IMG/VR virus record: IMGVR_UViG_3300046459_000436
Location: 1-64,000 of that record
Direction: 5' to 3' (one strand)
Length of the DNA: 64,000 bases
Origin: a virus
Shown in pieces: positions 46,683-56,596 of the stretch. The notes under the pieces were generated by a model. That model worked only from the letters and a program-made list of their open reading frames with translations, was not told the origin of the DNA and ran no database searches. A program made the position numbers and the translations under genes. Position 1 is the first letter of the stretch. Each line of letters begins with the position of its first letter.

Positions 46683-46705
46683 GCCCTCCTCGGGCTGTCG
46701 GTCGG

Positions 46706-46963
46706 TTAGCGCGTGGTGTCTTCTGTGCACCAGGGCGCATCGGCGTCGTCGTAGATGACAGGGGGGTGGGTGTCGGCGCGGTGGCCTGTCGGGGCGAATG
46801 TGATGCGCGTCCTGGCTGTGGCGTCATCCGTCTCGGTGCTGGTGACGGTGCGGTCGTAGCCGGTGCCGTCAGAGATCCGCATGCCGGGTTTCAGGTCACG
46901 GGCCTTGTGCCAGGTGGTGTGGGGGAAGGGGCCGGGCTTTCCGGCGAGGTTGGCGCTTCTCAC
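46706..46963 (-). CDS. Hypothetical SH3-like protein (85 aa)
   Basis: ARDLKPGMRI; repeat RBS. Confidence 0.6.
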   Translation of the reverse strand: MRSANLAGKPGPFPHTTWHKARDLKPGMRISDGTGYDRTVTSTETDDATARTRITFAPTGHRADTHPPVIYDDADAPWCTEDTTR

Positions 46964-46986
46964 GGTGGCCCTCCTCGGGCTGTCGG

Positions 46987-47220
46987 TCAGGCGTCGGTGT
47001 CGTTGGCGGGCGGCATGTAGTGGACGATGTCGCCGGGCTGGAGCCAGGCGGGCGGCTCCCACAGGTGGGAGTCGATGTCGAGGAGGTCCAGGCGTAGGCG
47101 GGCGGGCTGACCCGGGCACGGGTCCGGAGTGACCTGGTCGACGATGGCGCAGCGGTCGCCGAGGTCGGCGATCGCGCCGACGGGGAGGCGGTCGGCGGTG
47201 TCGAGCGTCATGCGGGACAT
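46987..47220 (-). CDS. Hypothetical SH3-like protein (77 aa)
   Basis: ADRLPVGAI; repeat RBS. Confidence 0.6.
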   Translation of the reverse strand: MSRMTLDTADRLPVGAIADLGDRCAIVDQVTPDPCPGQPARLRLDLLDIDSHLWEPPAWLQPGDIVHYMPPANDTDA

Positions 47221-47278
47221 GTGGCCCTCCTCGGGCTGTCGTCGGCACCCGGCCGCGAAGGACGGGCAGGGGCGGGGG

Positions 47279-47602
47279 TCAGGCGTCGAGCAGCGGGTCG
47301 CCGTGGTCGTCCAGGTACTGACGCTGGGCGGGCAGTTCCTCGCGGACGGTGAGCGGGTGCGGCTCCAGTGCCAACCAGTCGCATCCGGCGTCCAGGTGAA
47401 TGGATCCGTCGTCCTCCTGGCGGGCGTCGTCGATCGCGAAGGCCATGTTCTGCGCCTCGATGACGAACTGGCCGCGTGCAAGGTCGCGCTCGGCGAAGAC
47501 GCCGAGGACGCTGCCGCCCTCGTGGTGCTCGCCCTTGCTGAGGATCCACACGACCGGACCGGTCGGAGCCTGCTGCGGCTGGTGGCGGTCGAGTTCCTGC
47601 AT
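47279..47602 (-). CDS. Hypothetical protein (107 aa)
   Basis: GAGGAG RBS; VWIL..GE..VLGVF. Confidence 0.7.
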   Translation of the reverse strand: MQELDRHQPQQAPTGPVVWILSKGEHHEGGSVLGVFAERDLARGQFVIEAQNMAFAIDDARQEDDGSIHLDAGCDWLALEPHPLTVREELPAQRQYLDDHGDPLLDA

Positions 47603-47643
47603 TGCGGGCTCCTCTGCGGTTGGCGTTTGCCTACTGACTCCAT

Positions 47644-47710
47644 AATTGCCAACTCACTTGCTATTGTCAACTCAGTTGGCATTCACAGTTACAACCCGGT
47701 GTGGCACTAT
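47644..47710. promoter_or_regulatory. Divergent promoters with three imperfect palindromic operators
   Basis: TGCCAACTCACTTGCTA, TGTCAACTCAGTTGGCA, TTACAACCCGGTGTGGCA; minus TTGACA-N17-AATTAT; plus CACTAT 6 nt before ATG. Confidence 0.65.
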
Positions 47711-47716
47711 GACCGC

Positions 47717-47989
47717 ATGGACACCTCTGCGCTCGAAACCGCAGCCCACCGCTACAAGCGGGCTGACGACACCCTCAAGGCAGCCCGCGACACCCTCCAG
47801 GCCGAGGCGGTTGCCGCGCTGCGAGCCGGAGCGCGGCCCACCGACGTTGCCCGCATCACCGAATGGAGCCGTGAGTACCTGCGCCGCCTCCGCGACGATG
47901 CCGACAAGCGCGACGCCGAGGCGGAAGTTGCAACGCTGCGGCAGCAAGTCGCCGAACTCCGGGCCGCTGCCGACCAGCCCGACGCCTGA
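47717..47989 (+). CDS. Small HTH repressor-like protein (leaderless)
   Basis: ALRAGARPTDVARITEWSREYLRRL HTH. Confidence 0.8.
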   Translation: MDTSALETAAHRYKRADDTLKAARDTLQAEAVAALRAGARPTDVARITEWSREYLRRLRDDADKRDAEAEVATLRQQVAELRAAADQPDA

Positions 47990-48152
47990 CCCACCACCGC
48001 CCGCCGACCTCGACCGCCGCGAACACGGCGAGGCCGACGGCGAGGATCAGCCACCACGGCGGGAGCGCGTGGCCGGTGACCACCCACGCCACGGCGGGTG
48101 ACATCCCGACGGCGAACCACGCGGTGAAGGTGACGGCGTGGCGGGCGGTCAC
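47856..48152 (-). CDS. Small membrane protein
   Basis: Two TM segments; GTGA-coupled; 3' end overlaps the convergent HTH gene. Confidence 0.5.
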   Translation of the reverse strand: MTARHAVTFTAWFAVGMSPAVAWVVTGHALPPWWLILAVGLAVFAAVEVGGRWWVRRRAGRQRPGVRRLAAAALQLPPRRRACRHRRGGGAGTHGSIR

Positions 48153-49225
48153 GGGACGGCCGGCGGGGTGGTGTCGGCCGGGCCGTCGAGGGCGGTACGG
48201 ATGCAGTCGGCAGCCTTGCTGAAGCCGAGGACGGCGCCGAGCTGGTCCAGGTCGGCGAACTTGTCGGCGACAACGCGGACGGCGGCGAGCGTGGCCTCGG
48301 CGGTCTCGGCGCGGCGGACGGCAGCAACCCGGTCGGTCTCGTTGTCGGCGAGTTCGTCATGCCACCGGTCGCGGTCTCCCTCGGCGTCCAGGGCGCGGGC
48401 GCTGACGGTACGGCACCAGTCGCCGAGGCGCTCCACCTCGGCGGCGAGTTGCTTCATGCGGCGGTCGCGGACTGCGAGGACCGCCTCGGCGAGGTGGTGG
48501 TCCCAGTCGTACTCATCAGCGTCGCCGCCCTCGCGCCAGTCTCCGCATCGGCAGGGCATGTTGCCGTCGGCGTCGGCCTCGTCCCGGTTGGTGATGAGGT
48601 AGTGCTCGCGCATCGCCGCCGCGTACCGCTCGCGCAGCCCGTTGTCCGTCTCGTTGTTGCTGGCCGCCGGGTTGTCCGGGGCCGTCCGGGCGGTCGCCGC
48701 ACGCAGCAGCGCACCCGGTTCCCGTGCGCATGCCGTGCCGGGTTCCGGTGTCGGGCAGGTGACGCAGATGGTCAGTCCGGCCCATGTGGCGGCGGGGCAG
48801 GTGGACGTCGGCTTGTCCCGGCATCCGCACACCTGCCGCTGGTCGGGCATGGGCGTGGTGGGCTCCCCGAACTCGGTAGCGCGGACCTGTTCGGCGAGTT
48901 CCGCCTGCTGGCCGTCGGTGAGGCAGTCGGGCCAGACGCAGGCCGTCGGGTCGTACAGGGCGCACCGTCCGGCGTAGGCGTGGCCCTCGGCGCACTCCCC
49001 ACCGCAGGCCGTGGCGGGTAGGGCGGTGGCCTTGTGCGACTCGGCCAGGGCGGGACTGAAGACAGCCAGCGATTCCATCAGCAGCCGGTGAAACTCCTTC
49101 GTGGAAGCGAATGCGTCGGGGCTCGGGGTGAAGTCGTCGAGGATGTCGCAGATCTCGGCGGCGTTGATCTCGACGTGGATGCGTTGCTCGCCGTCGATGC
49201 GGTTCGTGTAGATGCGGGTTGGCAT
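48149..49225 (-). CDS. Mosaic hypothetical protein with Cys-rich modules
   Basis: 358 aa, several C/H clusters and a coiled coil. Confidence 0.7.
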   Translation of the reverse strand: MPTRIYTNRIDGEQRIHVEINAAEICDILDDFTPSPDAFASTKEFHRLLMESLAVFSPALAESHKATALPATACGGECAEGHAYAGRCALYDPTACVWPDCLTDGQQAELAEQVRATEFGEPTTPMPDQRQVCGCRDKPTSTCPAATWAGLTICVTCPTPEPGTACAREPGALLRAATARTAPDNPAASNNETDNGLRERYAAAMREHYLITNRDEADADGNMPCRCGDWREGGDADEYDWDHHLAEAVLAVRDRRMKQLAAEVERLGDWCRTVSARALDAEGDRDRWHDELADNETDRVAAVRRAETAEATLAAVRVVADKFADLDQLGAVLGFSKAADCIRTALDGPADTTPPAVP

Positions 49226-49283
49226 GGCGCACGTCTTTCGGTTGGGCCCGGCCGGTCGTCCCGGCCGGGCAACAGGTGGGCGG

Positions 49284-49673
49284 TCAGGCGGCGGGGTCGA
49301 CCTCGGGGTGCACGAACTCGACGGGCAGGCCGAGGCCTCGGGCGTAGGCGATCTCGGAGCGGGTCGAGTCGCCGATGCGCGTGCCGACGACGAGCACCCG
49401 GTCAGCGAGCCGGATCTTCGCCTTGTGCAGGCCGTCGAGGCGGAGCTTGAGGGCCTCGGCGTCGACCGGGTCGGCCCACAGCGGGTGCGGGAGCTTCATG
49501 TTGCAGCCGACGGACAGCACGATCCGGCCGAGCGCGGTCTGCTGGACGTTGGCCTCCGTGAACTCGTCCATGAACGCGGTGCTGCCGCAGAGGACGACGA
49601 TCTCCGGGATGTTGAGGCGCTCCTTGGCGTGGGCGAGCTTCTCTTCGGGGCTGAGCAGTTCGGGGTACGACAT
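49284..49673 (-). CDS. Nucleoside deoxyribosyltransferase-like (DUF4406-like) protein
   Basis: VVLCGS..KIRLADRVLVV..IGDSTRSEIAYA. Confidence 0.7.
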   Translation of the reverse strand: MSYPELLSPEEKLAHAKERLNIPEIVVLCGSTAFMDEFTEANVQQTALGRIVLSVGCNMKLPHPLWADPVDAEALKLRLDGLHKAKIRLADRVLVVGTRIGDSTRSEIAYARGLGLPVEFVHPEVDPAA

Positions 49674-49785
49674 GGTCGGGTCCTTCCGGGTGGGTTGGGT
49701 CGTGCGGGTCACAGGCGTTCCCCCCGCCGCCAGCCGGCGATGGCGCAGGCGGCGGCGAGGACGGACAGGGCGATGTGGGGCCAGG

Positions 49786-50466
49786 TCACGGCTGGTCCGG
49801 CTGCGGGTCGTTGCGGCGGAAGATGGCGCGGGCCGCTTCGAGGGCCAGGGCGCGCCCGTAGTCCTCGTCGTAGGGCAGCGCGAACCCCTCCTCGGGCGTG
49901 ATCAGCGCGGGGGCGATGAGGTCGGCGAGCTCCTGGGCGGTGTACGTGTCGAACCCGATCGCCGGGTGGCCGTCGGTGTCGGCGTAGACCCGGCTGATGC
50001 TGAGCGTGGGCTCGGACTCTCGGGCGTGGGCGCACTCGCCCCACACGAGGGTGTGCACTCCGGGCTTGCGGCAGGCGCGGGCGCAGCCGTCCCAGTCGCC
50101 AAGCCCCAGGCTGCGCTCGTAGCGGGGTTGGTAGTCCAGGCAGCCCGCGCAGGTCGCCTGCGTCCCAACGGGCAGCGCTCCCTGGGTCGTCGAATAGCCG
50201 CACAGCGCGGGCCCGGTGGCCCACTCCTGGAAGCCCGGCAGCCACTCGTACACCGACAGGTGGATCACGTCGGGCTGGTCCGGCAGGTCGAGGCGGGCGA
50301 CGGGTGCGAGGTAGCGACGGGACCGGTCGAGGCTCTGTGCGCCCGTCTGCGGCCCGTTCAGGCCCCCCGGTCGCCGCTCGGTGCCAACTGAGGGGGTTTC
50401 GTGGCTCTCAGCGGCGTACAGCGGGCTTCCTGGCGCCTCGGAAGCCCTGTCGCTAGATGCTGTCAT
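49786..50466 (-). CDS. Hypothetical protein (226 aa)
   Basis: ALCG..CAGC Zn-binding patterns. Confidence 0.6.
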   Translation of the reverse strand: MTASSDRASEAPGSPLYAAESHETPSVGTERRPGGLNGPQTGAQSLDRSRRYLAPVARLDLPDQPDVIHLSVYEWLPGFQEWATGPALCGYSTTQGALPVGTQATCAGCLDYQPRYERSLGLGDWDGCARACRKPGVHTLVWGECAHARESEPTLSISRVYADTDGHPAIGFDTYTAQELADLIAPALITPEEGFALPYDEDYGRALALEAARAIFRRNDPQPDQP

Positions 50467-50950
50467 CAGTCGGCCGTCCGTTCTGTAGTGGTTCGCGGCT
50501 TATCGAGGCCCAGTTGGATAGCGGCGAGTTCCACGGCCTCCCGGATCGACAGCCCGTCCTCCGAAGCGGCCCGGATCGCGAGCGCCCGGATGTGCAAGTC
50601 GTCGGCGATCACCTGCTGTTCGTCGGTCAGTTGCGGGCGGCCCTGGCGGTTGCGGTCCTTCGCCATCAGCTCTCGCCGCCCTTCGCGGCCACAGGAGCGC
50701 CGCTGAGCGCATCCGGGGCCGCTCGCTGGGGCTCAGGCACTCCCGACGCCTCCACGGCGCTCACAGCCCCGTCCTGCCCCCGCAGTCGCCGTACCTCCGC
50801 CGTCAGCCCGCCCACCGTCCGCCGCGCCTGCTCCAGACCCGCCACCAACTCCCGCACCCCAGCCCGCAGGCGGACCGCCTCATCCGGCAGCAGCGAACCG
50901 GCCTCCGCGCGGTCGATCAGGTGCATGAGATCCGACACGGCGGCGGTCAC
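50466..50950 (-). other. Two small coupled hypothetical genes (50466-50666, 50666-50950)
   Basis: TGATG coupling. Confidence 0.6.
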
Positions 50951-51378
50951 TGGGCGTCCTGCCGTGGCTCAACGTCCGACGGGGCGGCGAACGCGGCCTC
51001 CTTGGGCGTGGTGTCGACGAACGACTGCAGCGGCAGCGGCGAGTTTGCGACGAGCAGCAGCCAGTCGCCATGGCACGGGTCGCCGACCTTGCACCAGCAC
51101 ATGAGCGTCTTGCCGGCCAGTTGCTCCCGGATTCGGCGCAGGTACTCGATGTCGTGGGTTCGGGCGTTGCGGTAGCTGTCGACGGCCTGCTGCTGGGTGA
51201 GCGGCTCGTGCGGTCGGCGGTCGATCCAGCCGCCGGGGAGGACGGTGTGTCCGGTGTCGCCGACCCTCCATGAGTTCGACCAGACCGACGGGCGGCCCAC
51301 GTACAGGGCGCCATCAGGGGCGGACCATCCGGCCGTGCGGCGGCGTTGGATGCGGGTGGGCTTGCTGGGTTCGGACAT
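50947..51378 (-). CDS. DUF4326 protein
   Basis: YVGRPSVWSN, LAGKTLMCWC..CHGDWL. Confidence 0.85.
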   Translation of the reverse strand: MSEPSKPTRIQRRRTAGWSAPDGALYVGRPSVWSNSWRVGDTGHTVLPGGWIDRRPHEPLTQQQAVDSYRNARTHDIEYLRRIREQLAGKTLMCWCKVGDPCHGDWLLLVANSPLPLQSFVDTTPKEAAFAAPSDVEPRQDAQ

Positions 51379-51483
51379 CAGGTCACTCCGGTCTGGGTGG
51401 GCGGGGGTCAGGCGGCGGGTCGGTACGGCGGGGTGGTGTGCTGGGGATGCGCCGCCCGGCTAGGCCCCGGGCGGCGTGCTGCG

Positions 51484-53211
51484 TCATGCGGCGGCGTCGA
51501 GGGCGCTGTGGATGACGGCTCGCAGCCGGGACCCGATCCATGCCCCGACCTGTGGGGATACGGCGTTGCCGAACCCGTCCACCTGGTTCCGGGCGGACCC
51601 CCAGACGGTGAAGCTGCCGCGGTAGTCGTTGAAGTCGACGTCGAAGCCGCAGCCGCGGCCGATCTCGTGCGCCGCCATCATTCGGTAGAAGCAGTCCTCA
51701 AGCGGAAGCTCGGCGAGCGACGCCTGCCACTGGGCCATGAGCAGCGCAGTCGTGTCATGGGAGGTGAGGGTGCCGAGCGGGTCCGTAACCGGGTGAGGCG
51801 CGGTCTCGTTCCCGGTGGGGCCGTTCTGCTTGTACCAGCCGGCGGCCGTCAGCACCGCCGGGATCTGCTCCGAGGTGAAGGTGGGCATCGCCTCGCTGTA
51901 CAGCGTGGGCAGCGTGTTCTTCCGGTACGGGATGACACCGGAGGACAGCAGGGCGAAGGTCTCCGACCCGACCTGGGTGGGCAGCGGCTCCCCGGCGCCA
52001 CGGGGGGCGCCCTGGTAGTTGTCCACCGCGAGGGCCATCGCCGGTGCGGCCAGTCCGTCAGCGGCGGCCTGTGCCCACAGCGGCTGGACGACCGGTCCGG
52101 TCGACAGGATCGCGGTCTCCTGCTGGCTGGTCTGCGTTGCCATCGGCTGCAGCAGGAGCCGCTCCGAGCCGTGCACGCCCTTCGCCGGCATGAGGATCGC
52201 CGGGAACTCGGCGAAGCGCTGGCGGCACCGTTCCGCGCGCGTCATCGAGGAGCGCGCGAGCGGTCCGACGAAGCCGTCCTTGAACGTCTTGGCCGGCTTG
52301 TCGCCGATGCGCGTGCCGAGATTGGTGAGGTCGAGCGCGGTCAGCGACGGCGTCATCGGCGGGACGACGGGGCGGCGGCAGGACGGGCACCGGTACTCGT
52401 ACTGCTTGCCGTACATCACCGTGCCGGTCGCCGGGATGCCGGTCTTCCACGTCCACACCGCCTCGACGTCCTTGTCGCAGTGCCCGCAGCGCGACACCGG
52501 CCGGTGCTCCAGGTCGGGTTCGGGCAGGGACCTGTCCCAGAACACCCAGTAGCCGCGGTCCCGGGACTGCGGGACCCCGAAGAACTGCGAGTTCAAGAAC
52601 CGGACCTTGTGGTCGTAGTTCAGGAGGTCGAACTGCTTGAGCCACCACCGATAGGCGGAGCCGTCACCGACCTTCGGGCGGTTCGGCAGCGCGGGCCCCC
52701 ACGAGATGAGCTGGGTGGTGCACTCGACCAGGATCAGCCGCGGGCGGTGCTGCTGCGCGTAGTGCAGCACGCAATTCGCAGTCGCCCGGTCCCGCTCCGA
52801 CTTCGTGACCCGCGCATCGAAGTCAGGATCGTCCAGCTCGAACAGCGTCATGCCCTGCTCGTAGGCCTTGACCGTGTTGGCGAGCGAGTGGTTGACGCAA
52901 CTCACTCCAGCGACCAAGAGGTCAGCCGGGGGAAGGTCGCGGGCGGAGTGGTAGTCCGCCGCTTCGGGGTCGACCAGGTCGGCGATCCAGTGTTCGGCGT
53001 TCGGGTGGTTCGCCTCGTGGACCTCGACCTTGTAGGCGTTGTGGTTCGCGGCCATGATCGTGGTGAACCCGGCGATCTCGATGCCCTTGGTGAGGCCCCC
53101 GAAGCCGCTGAAGAGGTCGACCGCGATGAGGTCGTCGTGGCGGAACCGACGCCGTCTGGTGGCCGGCCGGTGTGTGGCGGTGCGGATCTTCTGCGTGGAT
53201 GCGCGGGTCAT
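51484..53211 (-). CDS. Orphan C5 cytosine DNA methyltransferase
   Basis: DLFSGFGG, AGVSC (motif IV variant), VPQSRDR, FGNAV. Confidence 0.9.
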   Translation of the reverse strand: MTRASTQKIRTATHRPATRRRRFRHDDLIAVDLFSGFGGLTKGIEIAGFTTIMAANHNAYKVEVHEANHPNAEHWIADLVDPEAADYHSARDLPPADLLVAGVSCVNHSLANTVKAYEQGMTLFELDDPDFDARVTKSERDRATANCVLHYAQQHRPRLILVECTTQLISWGPALPNRPKVGDGSAYRWWLKQFDLLNYDHKVRFLNSQFFGVPQSRDRGYWVFWDRSLPEPDLEHRPVSRCGHCDKDVEAVWTWKTGIPATGTVMYGKQYEYRCPSCRRPVVPPMTPSLTALDLTNLGTRIGDKPAKTFKDGFVGPLARSSMTRAERCRQRFAEFPAILMPAKGVHGSERLLLQPMATQTSQQETAILSTGPVVQPLWAQAAADGLAAPAMALAVDNYQGAPRGAGEPLPTQVGSETFALLSSGVIPYRKNTLPTLYSEAMPTFTSEQIPAVLTAAGWYKQNGPTGNETAPHPVTDPLGTLTSHDTTALLMAQWQASLAELPLEDCFYRMMAAHEIGRGCGFDVDFNDYRGSFTVWGSARNQVDGFGNAVSPQVGAWIGSRLRAVIHSALDAAA

Positions 53212-54159
53212 CAGCTGGCCTTCCTGGCGTCGCGTGCGTCACAAACGCCCTGGTCGGGGGCCCGTCGCACGGTGAGGTGCGGGGGGTGGGGCGGGGTCAT
53301 GAGGTCGGCCAGTTCGGCGGCCAACCGGTGGATGCCGCCGGCGTGCGGGCTACCGAGCGACGTGGCTTCAAGGACCCAGCCGACCAAGATGTAGGCCTCG
53401 GTCGGGCTGAACCCGGGCGGACTCTGCGTGCACGGCCGGTGCGTGCCCCGGTCGATCTGCCCGAGCTCACGCCGGACCCGTTCCAGCCGCGGCACGTCGG
53501 CCACCGGGCGGTCCGTACCGCGGTTGGCGCGGATGACGCGGATGAGGATTTCCCGCATCGCCGGGTACGTGGCGTTCCACAGGTCGGCGAGGTGGTCGGC
53601 CTGGTCGGCGGTGAGGTGGCGGTAGGTGCGGAGGGTGGTGGGAGTGATGGTCATGACGTCCTCCAGTGCCGGGTGTTGGGGGTGCAGCCGCATTCGCAGA
53701 CCGCGCGGGCTCGGCGCTCTTCATCAGTCATGGCCCGGAATTCGTCGACCGCGGCCTGCCACGCTTCGGGCGGCTGGGGCCGGACGGGGGTGGGGCGTCC
53801 GCACCCTGCGGGCCAGGCGCCGGGGCGGCGCGGCGGTTCTTCCGTGGCTTCCGTCTCGGCGGCGCTCACCGGTCGGGGTCCTTCCGGGCGAGGTGCTTGC
53901 GGGCCCGGTTGATCGCGGCCTGCTCGTAGACCTCGCCGGTCAGGTGGCGGTCGAACAGCGGGGCGTCGTTGGCCGGTTCGGGCGCGAGGATGCGGCCGGG
54001 GACGGCACCCCAGGAGCAGGTCCAGGTGTGGCGGCAGGCCGGGCAGCGGTAGCCGGCCACGATCCCGTCGGCGCCGTCGGCTATCGACGACTCGGGGATG
54101 ACGTCGTACTGGCCGCAGTTCTCGCAGGCGTCGGCGTACAGCGGGTTGAGGTCGGTCAC
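53211..54159 (-). other. Three small coupled hypothetical genes (53211-53654, 53651-53869, 53866-54159)
   Basis: Start/stop overlaps; last gene has a CENC..CPAC Zn ribbon. Confidence 0.6.
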
Positions 54160-55472
54160 CAGATCGCTCCCGTCGGGGAGAAACCGCTGTACGGGTCGGC
54201 GTCGACGGGCTGGTAGGACTCCCACGGCCAGCGGGTGCCCTGCTTGACGAACTGGGGCCAGTCGCGCTCGTCGCGCATGCCGCGCCACGGGACGACGCGG
54301 CGTCCTCGGCAGCCGTCGGTGTTGGCGGACGACTTGTCGTCCTCGACGGGGCGCAGGCCGAATCCGAACTCCGGCCAGCGCATCCACAGCGACGAGCCGA
54401 GGGGGCGCAGGGCTCGGGGTCCCATGCCGTTGCCGTGGGGGGCGTGGGCTTCCATGAGGACGGCGCAGCCGGAGGTGGCGCGGGCTTCGTCGATGACGAC
54501 GGATACCTTGCGGGCGAGCTCTTCGTCGTTGGGGTTGCCGGCGTGGAGCCGGTACACCGGACCGATGATCAGCACGTCGGGCTTGAGGCGTTCAACGCGG
54601 CGCATCATCCAGGCCCGGTCGACGGGCCGGCTCAGGTCGAGGCCCTCGGGGCGGCATTCGATGTGGAACATGCCTCGGCGGACGGACCGCTTGGTGTTGT
54701 CGGCCGATGCGAGCAGCGGGCGGAATGCGCGGCGGGAGGCGGGTGCTCCGTTTTCGCAGTCGAGGGCGAGGACGCGCCGGGGGTCGATGAGCTCGGTGGG
54801 CTTGAACGGGTGGATGCCCGCGGCGAGGGTCACGGCCAGTTGCCGCATCATGACGCTCTTTCCGCCGCCTTCGCTGGCGGTGAGGATGAGCCGGTCGCGG
54901 CGCTCCAGGAGGTTCGGGACGAGCCAGTCGTAGGTGTCCTGGTGGGCGACGAAGTCGTGGATATCTTCGGTGGGTACCTCTTCGGTGGCGCGGCCGCGGT
55001 CACGGAGTTCGCGGGCCATGGAGACGGCCTGCTCGACGAGCTCGAAGGTGTCCTGGTCCTGGCCGTAACCCATCCGAACCAGCTCGGTGCCGAGTTCGAC
55101 CAACGCACGACGCAGGGCCCGGTCCTGGACGATCTCGGCGTAGTACTCGGCGTTGGCGGCGGTGACTGTTTCGTTGGCCAGGGTGAAAAGTTGGGTCGTG
55201 CCGCCGACGCGGACGAGGTCGCCGGAGTCGGCGAGGTGCTTGCCGAGGGTGATCGGGTCGACGGGGTCGCCCTTTGCGTGCATGCGGCCGATGGCGTTGA
55301 AGATCGCGGTGTGAGCGGGCCGGTAGAAGTCGGCGGGGTCAAGGACGTCGAGGACTGCGCGGCATGCGTCGCGGCTGAGCATGCAGGCGCCGAGGACGGA
55401 CACTTCCGCGCCGAGATCCTGGGGCGGCGTGCGCTCGATGGCGTGAGGGTCGTGGTCGTACTGGTCGGTCAT
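54156..55472 (-). CDS. Replicative helicase: DnaB N-terminal domain plus RecA/AAA ATPase
   Basis: PPQDLGAEVSVLG, DFYRPAH, Walker A ASEGGGKS. Confidence 0.88.
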   Translation of the reverse strand: MTDQYDHDPHAIERTPPQDLGAEVSVLGACMLSRDACRAVLDVLDPADFYRPAHTAIFNAIGRMHAKGDPVDPITLGKHLADSGDLVRVGGTTQLFTLANETVTAANAEYYAEIVQDRALRRALVELGTELVRMGYGQDQDTFELVEQAVSMARELRDRGRATEEVPTEDIHDFVAHQDTYDWLVPNLLERRDRLILTASEGGGKSVMMRQLAVTLAAGIHPFKPTELIDPRRVLALDCENGAPASRRAFRPLLASADNTKRSVRRGMFHIECRPEGLDLSRPVDRAWMMRRVERLKPDVLIIGPVYRLHAGNPNDEELARKVSVVIDEARATSGCAVLMEAHAPHGNGMGPRALRPLGSSLWMRWPEFGFGLRPVEDDKSSANTDGCRGRRVVPWRGMRDERDWPQFVKQGTRWPWESYQPVDADPYSGFSPTGAIW

Positions 55473-56398
55473 CAGAAAACTCCGCGTTCTTCGGGTGAGG
55501 GTTGGTAGGCGCGGCCGTTGCCGCGTTGCGCTCGTTCGGACTTGTGGTTGGCGGAGTCGCGCATCCACTTCTGCCAGGCGTCGTGCCAGTTGCGCTTTCG
55601 CCGGCCTTCGGAACGCCAGTAGGAGATGAACTGTTCGGTCTCGAACTGGGGGTCGAGGGCCTGGCCGAAGGTCGAGACGGACCAGCGGCGCATCTGATCG
55701 TTGAGGTGGAAGTCGTCTGGAATGAGGTGAAGACCGGTGGTCCCAGGGCCCTCGCTGTGGCTAGGGCGCCCGCCCTCTCTTTCTTGTACTGGTGGTTGAT
55801 TGGTGGTTGGGCGCCAAGATTTTGGGTGTGTTTCCGCAGGTGGGGGCCCTGTGTCACAGGCTTTGCGCCTGTGAGTCACAGGCTTTGCGCCTGTGACGGC
55901 CAGGCTTTGCGCCTGTGACATCGCAGATTCGCTGTCCGGTATGTCGCCTGTCACAGACTCTGAGTGCGTGACCGTCACGGACTCTGCGCCCGTGACGGTC
56001 ACAGGCTTTGCGCCTGTGACGCGCTTCGCACGGGACCGCCGCTTGCGCTCGGCAGCCGCGGTGCGGAGTGCGTCCTCCTCGGCCTCCAACTCCTTCCAGT
56101 CCGAAGCCGGCCGACGCAGATCGACTGCAAGCCGCCAGCACGTCCGGCCGCCTACGACTCCGTCCCGCTTGATCAGCCCTGCCTGCTCCAGGCGGCGCAT
56201 CGCGCGTTCGGTTGTCGTCTTGTCGTAGCCGGTGCGGTACCTGATGCGGAGCATCGAGGGGTGCGCGTTCGAGCCGTCCTTGCGGGCATGCTCGGCGAGC
56301 GCTTGGAGGACGTGCCGGGCTGTGGTGTCCGGCTTACCTCCCACGGTGCGCAGCATGGGGGCGTCATCCATGGCCCACTGCACTGCCTCGTTGCTCAC
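55472..56398 (-). CDS. Replication initiator (lambda O-like, N-terminal wHTH)
   Basis: MSNEAVQWA..VLQALAEHA..AHPS; internal iterons; C-terminal F..YW..NW..AW..W. Confidence 0.85.
   Translation of the reverse strand: MSNEAVQWAMDDAPMLRTVGGKPDTTARHVLQALAEHARKDGSNAHPSMLRIRYRTGYDKTTTERAMRRLEQAGLIKRDGVVGGRTCWRLAVDLRRPASDWKELEAEEDALRTAAAERKRRSRAKRVTGAKPVTVTGAESVTVTHSESVTGDIPDSESAMSQAQSLAVTGAKPVTHRRKACDTGPPPAETHPKSWRPTTNQPPVQEREGGRPSHSEGPGTTGLHLIPDDFHLNDQMRRWSVSTFGQALDPQFETEQFISYWRSEGRRKRNWHDAWQKWMRDSANHKSERAQRGNGRAYQPSPEERGVF
55853..56020. repeat. Iterons / probable replication origin
   Basis: Four exact AGGCTTTGCGCCTGTGA copies (first three at 22-bp period) plus degenerate copies; T-rich flank at ~55780-55835. 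Confidence 0.85.
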
Positions 56399-56596
56399 GT
56401 ATCTCTTCTCTCGGGGTCATCCGTGCTGGTCAGGGCCGCTTTACGGCAGCACTCATGGGGGCTTCGAGAGGGAGGTCCCCACCCCTTTGGCACATCGCCA
56501 GCTTACCCCAGGGTGACCGGTCAGGTGATAGCCACGTGCAATCATTTTGCGGGCCAGGGGGTGATAGGTCACCGACCAGTCAGTTACAGTGGCGTC

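Larger units (their letters stand above)
46683..47241 (-). repeat. Three identical 18-bp start-associated repeats CGACAGCCCGAGGAGGGC
   Basis: Exact copies at 46683-46700, 46968-46985, 47224-47241, each directly upstream of a start codon. Confidence 0.85.

Noticed and set aside
46683-47241. 18-bp repeats as CRISPR or att sites
   Set aside because: Separated by whole genes and contain the SD sequence
55853-56020. Regular repeats as a CRISPR array
   Set aside because: No unique spacers, inside a coding region, no cas genes; fits iterons
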